Source: an uncultured virus (IMG/VR IMGVR_UViG_3300037515_000764) (Duplodnaviria > Heunggongvirae > Uroviricota > Caudoviricetes). From it: a stretch of DNA of 64,000 nt. Below, piece by piece: positions 9,069 to 17,619 of this stretch. Both the position numbers and the translations under genes were made by a program. Positions within the stretch are counted from its first letter, which is position 1, and every line of letters starts with the position of its first letter. The stretch lies in IMG/VR virus record IMGVR_UViG_3300037515_000764. One strand, written 5' to 3'. The notes beneath the pieces are model-generated. The model was not told the DNA's origin, did no database searches, and saw only the letters and a program-made list of their open reading frames with translations.

Positions 9069-9112
9069 AGGATAGCATGTTTGGAAAAAATAGTAAACAC
9101 TAAAAAGAGTGT
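9069..9112 (-). promoter_or_regulatory. Leftward promoter with ACAC-N8-GTGT box
   Basis: Minus strand TTTACT-17-TATCCT with TG. Box ACACTAAAAAGAGTGT at 9097-9112. Confidence 0.6.
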
Positions 9113-9167
9113 TTTTCTAATTTCGCATTAATGTTGGTATGTTATAATAGATAAAAGGAAAAGAAAG

Positions 9168-9371
9168 ATGTATAACCGAAACACATATTCTGAAACGAAA
9201 TACTTTTATATTATTATAGAAGCAAATGGCTTAAGTGAAAGTGAAGAAGAAAAACTTTCCAGATTTAAGCGTTTTTTCTATAGTTCAGTTGAAAGCGCGA
9301 AATATTCAATAGATACTTTTATCCGTTTGAATAAACTTCAAGGTAAAATCAAATATACTATTCATAACTAG
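9168..9371 (+). CDS. Hypothetical protein
   Basis: 67 aa, AAAAGGA RBS, TGTTATAAT upstream. Confidence 0.7.
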   Translation: MYNRNTYSETKYFYIIIEANGLSESEEEKLSRFKRFFYSSVESAKYSIDTFIRLNKLQGKIKYTIHN

Positions 9372-9381
9372 AGGTTAAGAA

Positions 9382-9606
9382 ATGTTAAAATTAGTAGAAT
9401 ACATAGAAGAAAAATACAAAGCTGATTTTTCCGGTAAAGTATTTGGACAATGGAAAACGGTTTATATAGGCCAATTGTTTTATTCGGAAATTAAAGCCCT
9501 TTATAATAAATACGGCAATTCGATGTACTTTGAATTTCACTTTGAAGATAATTATGCCTATTTCATTTATCACGGAATATATTTCGATATTGTAATTGGA
9601 AACTAA
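9382..9606 (+). CDS. Hypothetical protein
   Basis: 74 aa, GAGG RBS. Confidence 0.7.
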   Translation: MLKLVEYIEEKYKADFSGKVFGQWKTVYIGQLFYSEIKALYNKYGNSMYFEFHFEDNYAYFIYHGIYFDIVIGN

Positions 9607-9607
9607 T

Positions 9608-9880
9608 ATGAAAGTGGTAGATGTCTTTAATAATACTGAAACAAAAAAGCCCTTAAAGGAATTTAATAAGGAATTTCAAGATTTATATAAGCAATTACGT
9701 AAAGAATACAAGGGCTTATATATAATCGAAATGAATTACAAAAATCATAGTGAATACGCTTTCATTTGGAAGAAACTAAAAAGCAACTATTTTACAATGG
9801 AAAATCCAAGATTTTATTTCTTTTTTGAGGGTAAAAAACAAAATATTAATAAAATTAGCTCGACAGGAGGAAAATTGTGA
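9608..9880 (+). CDS. Hypothetical protein
   Basis: ATG 9608 preferred. Confidence 0.7.
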   Translation: MKVVDVFNNTETKKPLKEFNKEFQDLYKQLRKEYKGLYIIEMNYKNHSEYAFIWKKLKSNYFTMENPRFYFFFEGKKQNINKISSTGGKL

Positions 9881-9939
9881 TAATCGGAATTATTTTTATT
9901 ATTCTAGTAGCTTTAATCTTAGCAGGTTATTGGATGTAA
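9877..9939 (+). CDS. 20-aa hydrophobic micropeptide
   Basis: GTG start after AGGAGG; MIIGIIFIILVALILAGYWM. Confidence 0.55.
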   Translation: MIIGIIFIILVALILAGYWM

Positions 9940-9943
9940 AAAA

Positions 9944-10171
9944 ATGAAAGTTAATTTAAATGATTTAGTCGAAGATTTGAAAACACTAAATAGAATACCG
10001 CGTCTAATAATTGCGGGAAATCTAATAAAACATTTAGATAAAGGTTTAAATGGTAAAGAAGATACCTATTTAACTATTCTGATAGACGAAATAGTTAAAA
10101 TTAGATGGAACAGCTATACTTCAAATGAATTGTTAATGATAAAAGAAAAATTAGAGGAATTAGTAAAATGA
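9944..10171 (+). CDS. Hypothetical protein
   Basis: 75-aa ORF. Confidence 0.7.
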   Translation: MKVNLNDLVEDLKTLNRIPRLIIAGNLIKHLDKGLNGKEDTYLTILIDEIVKIRWNSYTSNELLMIKEKLEELVK

Positions 10172-10317
10172 CAAATGAACAGATTTTTGTATTGACAACG
10201 CTTATATCTTTTTTAATCATTTTTTCGTTAGAAACCGGTGGTTTATTTACCACTATAACGGCTTTTATCTTATTTAACATTTTAATTGCATTTGCTTTGA
10301 AAATGGGAGAAAAATGA
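10168..10317 (+). CDS. 49-aa two-helix membrane protein
   Basis: ATGA overlap; MTNEQIFVLTTLISFLIIFSLETGGLFTTITAFILFNILIAFALKMGEK. Confidence 0.6.
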   Translation: MTNEQIFVLTTLISFLIIFSLETGGLFTTITAFILFNILIAFALKMGEK

Positions 10318-10318
10318 A

Positions 10319-10621
10319 ATGAATTTTGAGAAGTTTTATAACGACCCAATGGAACTATCTTGGCAAATTGTTAGCGCGGGTTATATAGCACCCGAAGAAA
10401 CAAAATTAATTCGGGAGTTAGGCAAAGAAACCTGTTTGTGGTTAATTGCCGCTTTAACTGAATTAGGTTTGTTACGTGGCGTTTACAACGATACATATTA
10501 TTTTTGTAAAACAACGTATAAAATAGACAGCTTTGAAAGATTGATGTTTATGAAGCCTTATACTGAAAAATACAACGACAGTTTAGCCGATAAAACACTA
10601 TTGCATGAGGAGTTAAAATGA
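10319..10621 (+). CDS. Hypothetical protein
   Basis: 100 aa, GGGAG RBS. Confidence 0.75.
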   Translation: MNFEKFYNDPMELSWQIVSAGYIAPEETKLIRELGKETCLWLIAALTELGLLRGVYNDTYYFCKTTYKIDSFERLMFMKPYTEKYNDSLADKTLLHEELK

Positions 10622-10773
10622 CAAAAATTCACTTAACAATTAAAGGGCAAGAAAACGGAAATTACGTTCAAATTGAAGCAAATTTTGATAGTCAAAAGCA
10701 GGCTGAAGATTTTATTCTACAACAGCCAATTACTTTGAATATCGACAAGGTAATTTTTAGCGACGTAACCTAG
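10618..10773 (+). CDS. Hypothetical protein (51 aa, not in track)
   Basis: GAGGAG RBS, ATGA overlap. Confidence 0.6.
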   Translation: MTKIHLTIKGQENGNYVQIEANFDSQKQAEDFILQQPITLNIDKVIFSDVT

Positions 10774-10848
10774 TCTATTTTAGACGTTTTATAGTTAAAT
10801 GATTAGTAAGACCTTTAGCAAAAAATAGAGCCTTTAAGGGGTCATAAA

Positions 10849-11109
10849 ATGAGCGCCACAGAAGCACAAAAAAACGGTTATGCGATTACAATGGATTTTC
10901 ACTATTTACGAATGGATTACAGCGTTAAAAAAGTTATCCGTTTAGACTGGCTTTTGAAATTAGGATTTATCGAAGATTATCATAACTTTGATAACGAATA
11001 TCTGATTGCTAAAATTGATAGTGACGGTGAAGATATAGAATATTCAGAAGAAATGTTAGACGACTGGTTTGCTAGTATTTGCGATAGAATTTACGAGGGA
11101 TTAGAATAA
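10849..11109 (+). CDS. Hypothetical acidic protein
   Basis: 86 aa, AAGGGG RBS. Confidence 0.7.
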   Translation: MSATEAQKNGYAITMDFHYLRMDYSVKKVIRLDWLLKLGFIEDYHNFDNEYLIAKIDSDGEDIEYSEEMLDDWFASICDRIYEGLE

Positions 11110-11354
11110 TGAACTGTGAAATTTTGTATTTGAAGAAAGTTGATGATTTTTGGAACGTCGAAGAAAAAATCTTAATGAAACATGAAACAGATACCGATTT
11201 AGATGAAAAAATCGAAGAGCTAATGGAAAAGCACAAAATTGATTTGCATAAAGCTTATTTCATCGACGAAGATTGCAATTTTCTTCGTTCCTATACAAAC
11301 TTAGCCGATGATAAACTAATTGTAGCTTTTCGTGAAGGCGATTATGTATATTAA
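11109..11354 (+). CDS. Hypothetical protein
   Basis: 81 aa, coupled. Confidence 0.7.
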   Translation: MNCEILYLKKVDDFWNVEEKILMKHETDTDLDEKIEELMEKHKIDLHKAYFIDEDCNFLRSYTNLADDKLIVAFREGDYVY

Positions 11355-11358
11355 ATAC

Positions 11359-11386
11359 TTGACAAAGAACAACTTTCTGCTATGAT
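11359..11386 (+). promoter_or_regulatory. Sigma70-type promoter
   Basis: TTGACA-16-TATGAT with TG. Confidence 0.6.
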
Positions 11387-11413
11387 AGAATATATAAACT
11401 AAGGGGAATAAAA

Positions 11414-11521
11414 ATGGAAGAGCAATTTTGTTTAGAATGTGATAACGAATACGAAAACGAAAAAAGTAATTTTTGTTCTGATAATTGTTTCGAAACAATT
11501 TTATATGAAAGAAGCAATTGA
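11414..11521 (+). CDS. 35-aa zinc-finger micropeptide (CxxC...FCSxxC)
   Basis: MEEQFCLECDNEYENEKSNFCSDNCFETILYERSN; AAGGGGA RBS. Confidence 0.65.
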   Translation: MEEQFCLECDNEYENEKSNFCSDNCFETILYERSN

Positions 11522-11666
11522 AAATGATTTTCTTAGTTTATCTATCATAGACGGTTATACTGTTTATTTTACAGGTAACGACGAATGGGAAATTATTTAT
11601 GAGGATAACGGTACATATAAGTACATAACGGACTTGCACGATTACTGTTTGAATAAAAGGTGGTAA
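11505..11666 (+). CDS. Hypothetical protein
   Basis: 3' part of track ORF 11439-11666. Confidence 0.55.
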   Translation: MKEAIENDFLSLSIIDGYTVYFTGNDEWEIIYEDNGTYKYITDLHDYCLNKRW

Positions 11667-11669
11667 AAA

Positions 11670-11867
11670 ATGAAAATGTTACTACAAGAGGAAACGCTTG
11701 AAAAAATCTATAACAGTCTAAAAGAAGAGTGTTTAGTTGTAAACTTTAACGGCGAAATTGCTTTCGATCTTCAAAATAAAACAGTTTACCTAATCCATGA
11801 CGAACAAACGATTGATTTGTATAGCTTAGATGGGTTAGTAATTTTAACGGAAATTCGGAAAGAGTAA
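11670..11867 (+). CDS. Hypothetical protein
   Basis: 65 aa, AGGTGG RBS. Confidence 0.65.
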   Translation: MKMLLQEETLEKIYNSLKEECLVVNFNGEIAFDLQNKTVYLIHDEQTIDLYSLDGLVILTEIRKE

Positions 11868-11869
11868 AC

Positions 11870-12262
11870 TATTAGTTTGAAAAAGCCTCCCGTGGCGACT
11901 GAACGGGCTTGCGGCGCTTGAGCGTGGAACGGAACACACAAAAATAATTTACAACACAGTTTAGGTTACAAAACAACCCAACTGTTTACAAAAAGACAAA
12001 AGCTTTTAAATACTTACGTAGTAATAGACCTACATTACCGCGCTATTAGTGGGCTACTGGATTTGAAATCTTAGTTTTGCTAACATTGGGGCTATTAGCT
12101 ACACTAGACAGGTTACTATTCTGTACCCTAACAACACGGGTGTGGGTTTATTACGAACGTCAGTGAGACTTGTTTTACTAAACCCACAGCCCCTTATACT
12201 GGTTCACTATTAAGTTTTGCGGCGAAAATGCGATTTTATTAGTTTTTCCGCAAAAAATGAAA
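11870..12262. other. Structured non-coding region (origin-like or ncRNA)
   Basis: ~400 bp ORF-free gap with several inverted repeats (ACAGTT/AACTGT, TGTGGGTTTA/TAAACCCACA, TTTTGCGG/CCGCAAAA). Confidence 0.5.
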
Positions 12263-12275
12263 AGGAGATTTAACA

Positions 12276-12521
12276 ATGCGACTATTAAAAGGACAACTAA
12301 TTTACCGAATGCAAGAGGATTTTTATCCTGAAAACCGTAACATGGAGAACCTAATTCACGAATTTAACGTATTGTCTATTAGAATTGAAACAGTCAAACA
12401 TTTTGATTATCTTTTAGATGATTTAACCATATACTATTCTTTGCCCTACGAAGACCGCGAAAAGTTCTTAGAAGATGTTTTAGATGAACTTATTAGCTCT
12501 TCGCGCAAAATTGGGGAATAA
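12276..12521 (+). CDS. Hypothetical protein
   Basis: 81 aa, AAGGAG RBS. Confidence 0.75.
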   Translation: MRLLKGQLIYRMQEDFYPENRNMENLIHEFNVLSIRIETVKHFDYLLDDLTIYYSLPYEDREKFLEDVLDELISSSRKIGE

Positions 12522-12523
12522 AA

Positions 12524-12679
12524 ATGAATAAAAAAGAAGCAACATTACACACAATAAAAATGCACAAAGAATTTTTGCGCGAAGAAATTATAAAACGCGG
12601 CAAATTAAGCCCTAACGCAGATTTTCATCGTAAAGAAATAGAAAAATATGAGGAGATATTAAACAATGAAAGTTTATAG
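12524..12679 (+). CDS. Hypothetical protein (51 aa, not in track)
   Basis: GGGGA RBS; fills the gap. Confidence 0.55.
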   Translation: MNKKEATLHTIKMHKEFLREEIIKRGKLSPNADFHRKEIEKYEEILNNESL

Positions 12680-13136
12680 TGCATTTACTGTTGAACCATT
12701 TTTCGATATTCACTTAATTGCTGATAGCGTAGAACATGCCCGTGAAATTGTCGATAAACGCTTAGAACAATTATGGCTAGAAGAACCAGTCGAATATGAA
12801 ATCGAATTAGTTCGTTTAAATATGGAATTTTTGGAGAATATTTCTATGAAGATTAAAATTGTTCTGTTGGAAGGTGTACCTTTGGCTCTATTTATCGGTA
12901 CTGAAAATCAATGCTTTTCGCCAAATTGTATTATGTCTTATTCTCGTTATGGACAACACGGCGAAGCTAATAAAATTCTATTAAATTTAGAACCTGTTGC
13001 AGTTCAATTAGGCAAAACAGTATTTTTTGAAAACTACGAGGTTTGTGATTTAATTGAAGAATTAGGAAACATTTATGGTAAACTAGAAATTGAACCAAAA
13101 TATTTTGAAAATCAAGATTTTATGAAAGGTTTTTAA
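12666..13136 (+). CDS. Hypothetical protein
   Basis: 156 aa, GAGGAG RBS; internal RBS suggests a two-gene fusion. Confidence 0.7.
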   Translation: MKVYSAFTVEPFFDIHLIADSVEHAREIVDKRLEQLWLEEPVEYEIELVRLNMEFLENISMKIKIVLLEGVPLALFIGTENQCFSPNCIMSYSRYGQHGEANKILLNLEPVAVQLGKTVFFENYEVCDLIEELGNIYGKLEIEPKYFENQDFMKGF

Positions 13137-13423
13137 TGAACTATAAAGAATTACTATCAACCCTAGAAGAGCATGAAAACACAGAAGAAACCAGTTTTAT
13201 TTTCGTTCATAGCTGTTCCGAAGATGTTTTTGAAATGCTTTGGTTTCTTTTAACGTCTAAGTTAGAAGTTAGTGAGCATTTAACTTGCCTACACGCCCAA
13301 GATTATTTAGAAAATTATCGCATTGTATTAGATAAATTTGATAATGAAATTTATGCTACCTTATACGGTAAAAATATCGGTCAATATGATATGCGCCGTT
13401 ATACATTTTTAAAGGACAAATAA
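13136..13423 (+). CDS. Hypothetical protein
   Basis: 95 aa, coupled. Confidence 0.7.
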   Translation: MNYKELLSTLEEHENTEETSFIFVHSCSEDVFEMLWFLLTSKLEVSEHLTCLHAQDYLENYRIVLDKFDNEIYATLYGKNIGQYDMRRYTFLKDK

Positions 13424-13424
13424 A

Positions 13425-13919
13425 ATGAATACTTTTCATCAAATTAATGTTTCAGAAGAACGTATTAATGAATTGCGAGAATTGCGCGAACAAGGCGAAG
13501 AATACGAGGCTCTAAAAGTTCTTTTAAATGAGCTAGGTTTCTTCTTGCATTACAATAAAATGGGTATTCGTAATAAAGAAGGTTGGGGAAAACAACTCGT
13601 TATTCATTATGTTGCAAGATTGTGGCGAGTTGTTGGTAAAGAAAATAACAGAAATTCTAGTTTCAAAACCCGCTATTATGCCGGTTTAGCCTATGAAAAT
13701 GAACCTCCAAGCATTGTCGATTTTGTTAGTAATATTATATCCGATTCGATAACATGGGAAAACCATGCTGATGCAGAAGAATTTGCCAGCGAGTTTGTAA
13801 TTAAATTACCGTTAGCACAAAAATATTATAAAATAATGGGCGAAAATCGTCTTAATTTTCTAGAAAAATTTGGTGCTGATGTTTATAATCTACTTGTCGA
13901 ATTTTCAGAAGGAGTTTAA
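13425..13919 (+). CDS. Hypothetical protein
   Basis: 164 aa, AAGGA RBS. Confidence 0.75.
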   Translation: MNTFHQINVSEERINELRELREQGEEYEALKVLLNELGFFLHYNKMGIRNKEGWGKQLVIHYVARLWRVVGKENNRNSSFKTRYYAGLAYENEPPSIVDFVSNIISDSITWENHADAEEFASEFVIKLPLAQKYYKIMGENRLNFLEKFGADVYNLLVEFSEGV

Positions 13920-13921
13920 CA

Positions 13922-14122
13922 ATGTATTTCATTAAAAAACGTTCTCGAATTGAAAATATTCCTTATACTGGTATTTCTTGTAATGATGCTGGAATAGAAA
14001 AAGGCTTATATTACGAAAATTTAGATGATGCCGTTAATGATGCTAAAGAATTGTCATGTGTTAACGGCGTTGGTTGGGATATTGTCGAAATTAAATACGA
14101 AACGGTTTTAACGATACTATGA
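13922..14122 (+). CDS. Hypothetical protein
   Basis: 66 aa, AAGGAG RBS. Confidence 0.7.
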   Translation: MYFIKKRSRIENIPYTGISCNDAGIEKGLYYENLDDAVNDAKELSCVNGVGWDIVEIKYETVLTIL

Positions 14123-14640
14123 CCTACTGCGATTGTTCCACACCACAAGTAAATTGTCGTAAATGTAAAAATGTTAAAAAGTTTGCAACACATTGCATTT
14201 GTCGTTATTGCAACGAGTGGGTCGAAATTAAGCAACATCGTTTCGGCAAAAAGATAGTTAATTCATTTTACATTCGACACTCTTGGAAAAAACAAGATGA
14301 AATTCTAACACCTAAAAATGAATTTTCCTCTGTCGTTTGTCGTAGCTGTTTCGACAAAGTAAGTCTAAAAGAAAAGGTGTGCGTAATATGTAATACTAAT
14401 AAGCCCAAAATGGAGCGAAAATTAGTTTGTGGCGAATGTCTAAATGATTATTTCTATTTTTGCGAAGAACATCTGTTTTTCTATCGCAAAGGTTTAGATT
14501 GTCCTAGTTGTTGGTTTATTACAGATAATCTAACCGAAAAAAATCAAGAAATCGTAGTTTCATCTAACGCTTCTAGATGGGATTATGCGCGTTGGGAAAA
14601 TTCGGTAGAACAATTAGAGTTAGGAATTTGGAGAGATTAA
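14119..14640 (+). CDS. Cys-rich multi-zinc-ribbon protein
   Basis: Six or more CxxC pairs. Confidence 0.7.
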   Translation: MTYCDCSTPQVNCRKCKNVKKFATHCICRYCNEWVEIKQHRFGKKIVNSFYIRHSWKKQDEILTPKNEFSSVVCRSCFDKVSLKEKVCVICNTNKPKMERKLVCGECLNDYFYFCEEHLFFYRKGLDCPSCWFITDNLTEKNQEIVVSSNASRWDYARWENSVEQLELGIWRD

Positions 14641-14641
14641 A

Positions 14642-14821
14642 ATGAGCAAATGGACAACTGAACAAGAGGACTTTCTATTTGATTATTATGGTCGTATAAG
14701 CCAACGTGAGTTATGCCACTGGTTGGGAAAATCTATAGGCGCTATTCAAAGTAAGGCTTTCAGGTTGGGAATTATTGCAAGTGAAAACTTAAAAGAGAAG
14801 GGCGCTGTTGAAAAAACCTAA
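14642..14821 (+). CDS. Small HTH (Myb/GcrA-like) DNA-binding protein, 59 aa, not in track
   Basis: MSKWTTEQEDFL...ELCHWLGKSIGAIQSKAFRLGI; GGAGAG RBS. Confidence 0.65.
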   Translation: MSKWTTEQEDFLFDYYGRISQRELCHWLGKSIGAIQSKAFRLGIIASENLKEKGAVEKT

Positions 14822-14823
14822 CA

Positions 14824-14852
14824 TTGACTTTGTTTTAGTTTTTTGTTATAAT
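14824..14852 (+). promoter_or_regulatory. Sigma70-type promoter
   Basis: TTGACT-17-TATAAT with TG. Confidence 0.75.
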
Positions 14853-14879
14853 TGAGTTATAATATAAAAGGAGATTTTA

Positions 14880-15527
14880 ATGAACGAAATCGACGTTAGA
14901 AATATTATTGAAGATAATTTAGAATATATTGAAGACCTTGGTTGTTATGAGGGCGCAGCAGAAGCTAAAGCTTTTCTAGATAATTTAGATTTGCAAAATA
15001 TTAGCATCTCTAATTATGATTGGGCTATTTCGCATGGTCTAGTCGAAAGTTCAATCATAGAAGAATATTTCAATAAATGGTTAAATGATGAAGATTTGCC
15101 GATTTTTGTCGAATGGCTTTTTGGCGAAGACCATATTATAGATGCAATAGTTGAAAATTACCCAGAATTAATTGCGGATAGTGAAAAATTATATAATCAC
15201 AGTTATTGGAGTGTTCGCTCAAATTGGGCTGAAATTACAAAAAACGAAGAACTAATAAAACAACGTTTTTTTGTTGAAGAAGACGCTTATGTTTTTGGAA
15301 TTTTATTTGATAAACTAGATTTAAAAGGTGAAATAGTCGATTGCGATTTTTCCAAAGGTTATATTTCATCTTTCGATTATCGCTACTTTAATGGAAAACG
15401 TTTTGTTACTGATACTTTCGATAATTTTGATGATGATGTTTTGTCGTTATCAGATGATATAATTGGCGAAATGAAATATCTGTCTGTCGAAGATTTAAGA
15501 ATTATTTATAAATATATTGGAGGCTAA
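14880..15527 (+). CDS. Hypothetical highly acidic protein
   Basis: 215 aa, D/E-rich, AAGGAG RBS. Confidence 0.8.
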   Translation: MNEIDVRNIIEDNLEYIEDLGCYEGAAEAKAFLDNLDLQNISISNYDWAISHGLVESSIIEEYFNKWLNDEDLPIFVEWLFGEDHIIDAIVENYPELIADSEKLYNHSYWSVRSNWAEITKNEELIKQRFFVEEDAYVFGILFDKLDLKGEIVDCDFSKGYISSFDYRYFNGKRFVTDTFDNFDDDVLSLSDDIIGEMKYLSVEDLRIIYKYIGG

Positions 15528-15528
15528 G

Positions 15529-15939
15529 ATGTTTGAAGTTGGAAAATACTATTATATCAGCGATTTTGACGGATATAAAAAGTGGTACAAAGAAAACAGT
15601 GGTAGTTTTATGTTTTTATGCGACGAAACAGACGTCTTTCTTTGCGGTGACAGTAGTTTAGAAGGCGTGAATACATCAGTTGGAATATTTCTTGGTGCGA
15701 GAGAAAAGGATTATTCAAAGTTTTTTAGTGAGTTTTCTGGCTTTAAACGTTCTAAAACTTACAGTTTGATAGACGTTTTTGGCTTTCAAGAATTCTTTGT
15801 GAAACATTTTCACGATATTAAATTTGAAAACGATTTTGATAATGTCGAAAGCAATGTCGATTTTGCTATCAGTTATGCCGTTGAAAAAGGCGATATTGAG
15901 TTGCAAGCAAAACTTTATAATTTTTTTGAGGAGGTCTAA
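15529..15939 (+). CDS. Hypothetical protein
   Basis: ATG 15529, GGAGG RBS. Confidence 0.75.
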   Translation: MFEVGKYYYISDFDGYKKWYKENSGSFMFLCDETDVFLCGDSSLEGVNTSVGIFLGAREKDYSKFFSEFSGFKRSKTYSLIDVFGFQEFFVKHFHDIKFENDFDNVESNVDFAISYAVEKGDIELQAKLYNFFEEV

Positions 15940-15940
15940 A

Positions 15941-16108
15941 ATGGATAAGAGTTTTTGGGTGACGGTTTCGGGCGTAGACAAGGTAAACGGAAAATCTTTT
16001 TCTGAAGAAGAACTTTTAACTTCTCCTGAAGATGAAATTCTTTTACGTAGAAACTATAGAATGGCAGGTTATACTGTTTTAAAAGTTGTAAAGAATGAAC
16101 AAGAATAG
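15941..16108 (+). CDS. Hypothetical protein
   Basis: ATG 15941, GAGGAGG RBS. Confidence 0.65.
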   Translation: MDKSFWVTVSGVDKVNGKSFSEEELLTSPEDEILLRRNYRMAGYTVLKVVKNEQE

Positions 16109-16259
16109 TATATTAATCGGCGCTAAGTTTGCCTTTAACGATAAAGTTTATACACTAAAATATACGCTTTACACTAAAATCGTTTTGATAGACGAAAACG
16201 GAAAAGAAATCGAATTAGATTATGCCACTTTTCTAGATAACTTTGAGAGGATTTAAAAA

Positions 16260-16802
16260 ATGCCTAATTGGGTAACTACTGAAGAGCTTTTAGATGTTTT
16301 TATTAATATTCCATCAATCGGAATTTTCGCCGGTTTTAAAGGAATGACGGAAGAACAAGAACAATCTTGCATCGAAGCCGCTTATGCAATTATGGACTAC
16401 TGTGAAGATACTGGGACAGCATTAATGATTGGCGGTACTTTTAGCCCCTTAACAGAAGCTATGATTAATTATTATAACAATAATAACCTTGAATTTGAAT
16501 TTTTCGGCATTGTTCCACAAGTTGGTATCGAATACGCTATTGATTTTCCTAAGTCTGTTCTAATCGGAAAAGAATGGGGCGATGATAGCGGTTTGTTTAC
16601 ATACCTAGTAGATGAAAGCTGGTTTATTAATGGTGGCGAAATTTGCCTAAATGAATTTCATTTATCCGTTAATAACCGCCGTCGTGTAGTGGTTGTTGGA
16701 ACTGGCCGTTTAGCTGATGAATTGTATGGCAAAGAAAATTTAGTTGGTTATAATACTTCTTTCGTTGATGTAAACGATGTTAGAAAGTTTTTGAATGTCT
16801 GA
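16260..16802 (+). CDS. SLOG-superfamily protein (LSDAT_prok / TRPM-like SLOG)
   Basis: MIGGT, FGIVP, EWGDDS, INGGEI and VVV-GTGRLADEL motifs in the order typical of this family. Confidence 0.7.
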   Translation: MPNWVTTEELLDVFINIPSIGIFAGFKGMTEEQEQSCIEAAYAIMDYCEDTGTALMIGGTFSPLTEAMINYYNNNNLEFEFFGIVPQVGIEYAIDFPKSVLIGKEWGDDSGLFTYLVDESWFINGGEICLNEFHLSVNNRRRVVVVGTGRLADELYGKENLVGYNTSFVDVNDVRKFLNV

Positions 16803-17157
16803 TGTTATAGCCTGTTTAGAGCAAGGGTTTTTATTTATATTACCCTCTTCATTTAAAGAATTAGTAGAAAAATCTAATCTCGGTTATGTTTTGGAAGAAT
16901 ATAAAACTTTAGAAGAGGCTGTAAAAAGATTTCCAACAGCAGTCTTTTATGACGAAGCCGTTCTTTTGTCCATGTATAAAAGAGGTTTTAATATAATCTA
17001 TGATTACAATGGATTAATCGTTCACGAAAAAACACCTAGCGAAAATTTAATCCAAACCTTTTATACTCTAGAAGATTATTTCGGGTCGAATACCAAAGTT
17101 TGTTTTGTTCTAAAATGGAGAGAGCTTATAGGAGATAGAATCATATGGGCAAATTAA
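16795..17157 (+). CDS. Hypothetical protein
   Basis: 120 aa, coupled. Confidence 0.7.
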   Translation: MSDVIACLEQGFLFILPSSFKELVEKSNLGYVLEEYKTLEEAVKRFPTAVFYDEAVLLSMYKRGFNIIYDYNGLIVHEKTPSENLIQTFYTLEDYFGSNTKVCFVLKWRELIGDRIIWAN

Positions 17158-17456
17158 TAGAAAATCCAAAAATACCCCTTTCTAAAAGTGTTTGGTATAA
17201 TGCTGATGAAATTTGCTCAATTTTAGATATTACTATTCAAAATTTTCATTATCATCTAAGAGACATTAAAGATACTTTAGATGACAGTTACGTATTGTAC
17301 ATAAAGAAAGAAATTACTGGCAAACAAGGTAGGCAAATGATTTATTTTCATGAGCTACTTCTGTTTTTGCTAACAGTCAAAACAATGAGGAATAACAACT
17401 ATTCGCGCAAAAACGTAAGAAATATGTTAAAAAAACTAAAAGGCTTTTACTACTAG
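17145..17456 (+). CDS. Putative HTH DNA-binding protein
   Basis: WYNADEICSILDITIQNFHYHLRDI HTH-like segment. Confidence 0.55.
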   Translation: MGKLIENPKIPLSKSVWYNADEICSILDITIQNFHYHLRDIKDTLDDSYVLYIKKEITGKQGRQMIYFHELLLFLLTVKTMRNNNYSRKNVRNMLKKLKGFYY

Positions 17457-17461
17457 GAAAT

Positions 17462-17505
17462 ACACCAAAAAAGGTGTTGTGTTGCTAGTTGGGATGTTAT
17501 ATAAT
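17462..17505 (+). promoter_or_regulatory. Promoter with ACAC-N8-GTGT box
   Basis: ACACCAAAAAAGGTGT (17462-17477) overlapping TTGTGT-17-TATAAT. Confidence 0.65.
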
Positions 17506-17511
17506 AATATA

Positions 17512-17596
17512 TAGAACGCAGAAAAAGTCGTTCTAGTCCCTCCTCCTCAATACCTTTTCCTTTTGTGCCTTTAGTTAATTCTAGAGGCACTTTTTT
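17512..17596 (+). ncRNA. Candidate ~85-nt sRNA/leader with anti-SD tracts and intrinsic terminator
   Basis: 5' hairpin TAGAACG/CGTTCTA, then CCCTCCTCCTCAA and CCTTTTCCTTTTG, then terminator GTGCCTTTAG/CTAGAGGCAC-T6. Confidence 0.6.
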
Positions 17597-17619
17597 GTTT
17601 ATATTAGGAGAGAACTAAA

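Noticed and set aside
11870..12262. tmRNA or RNase P RNA
   Set aside because: No tRNA-like termini, tag ORF or P4 consensus found.
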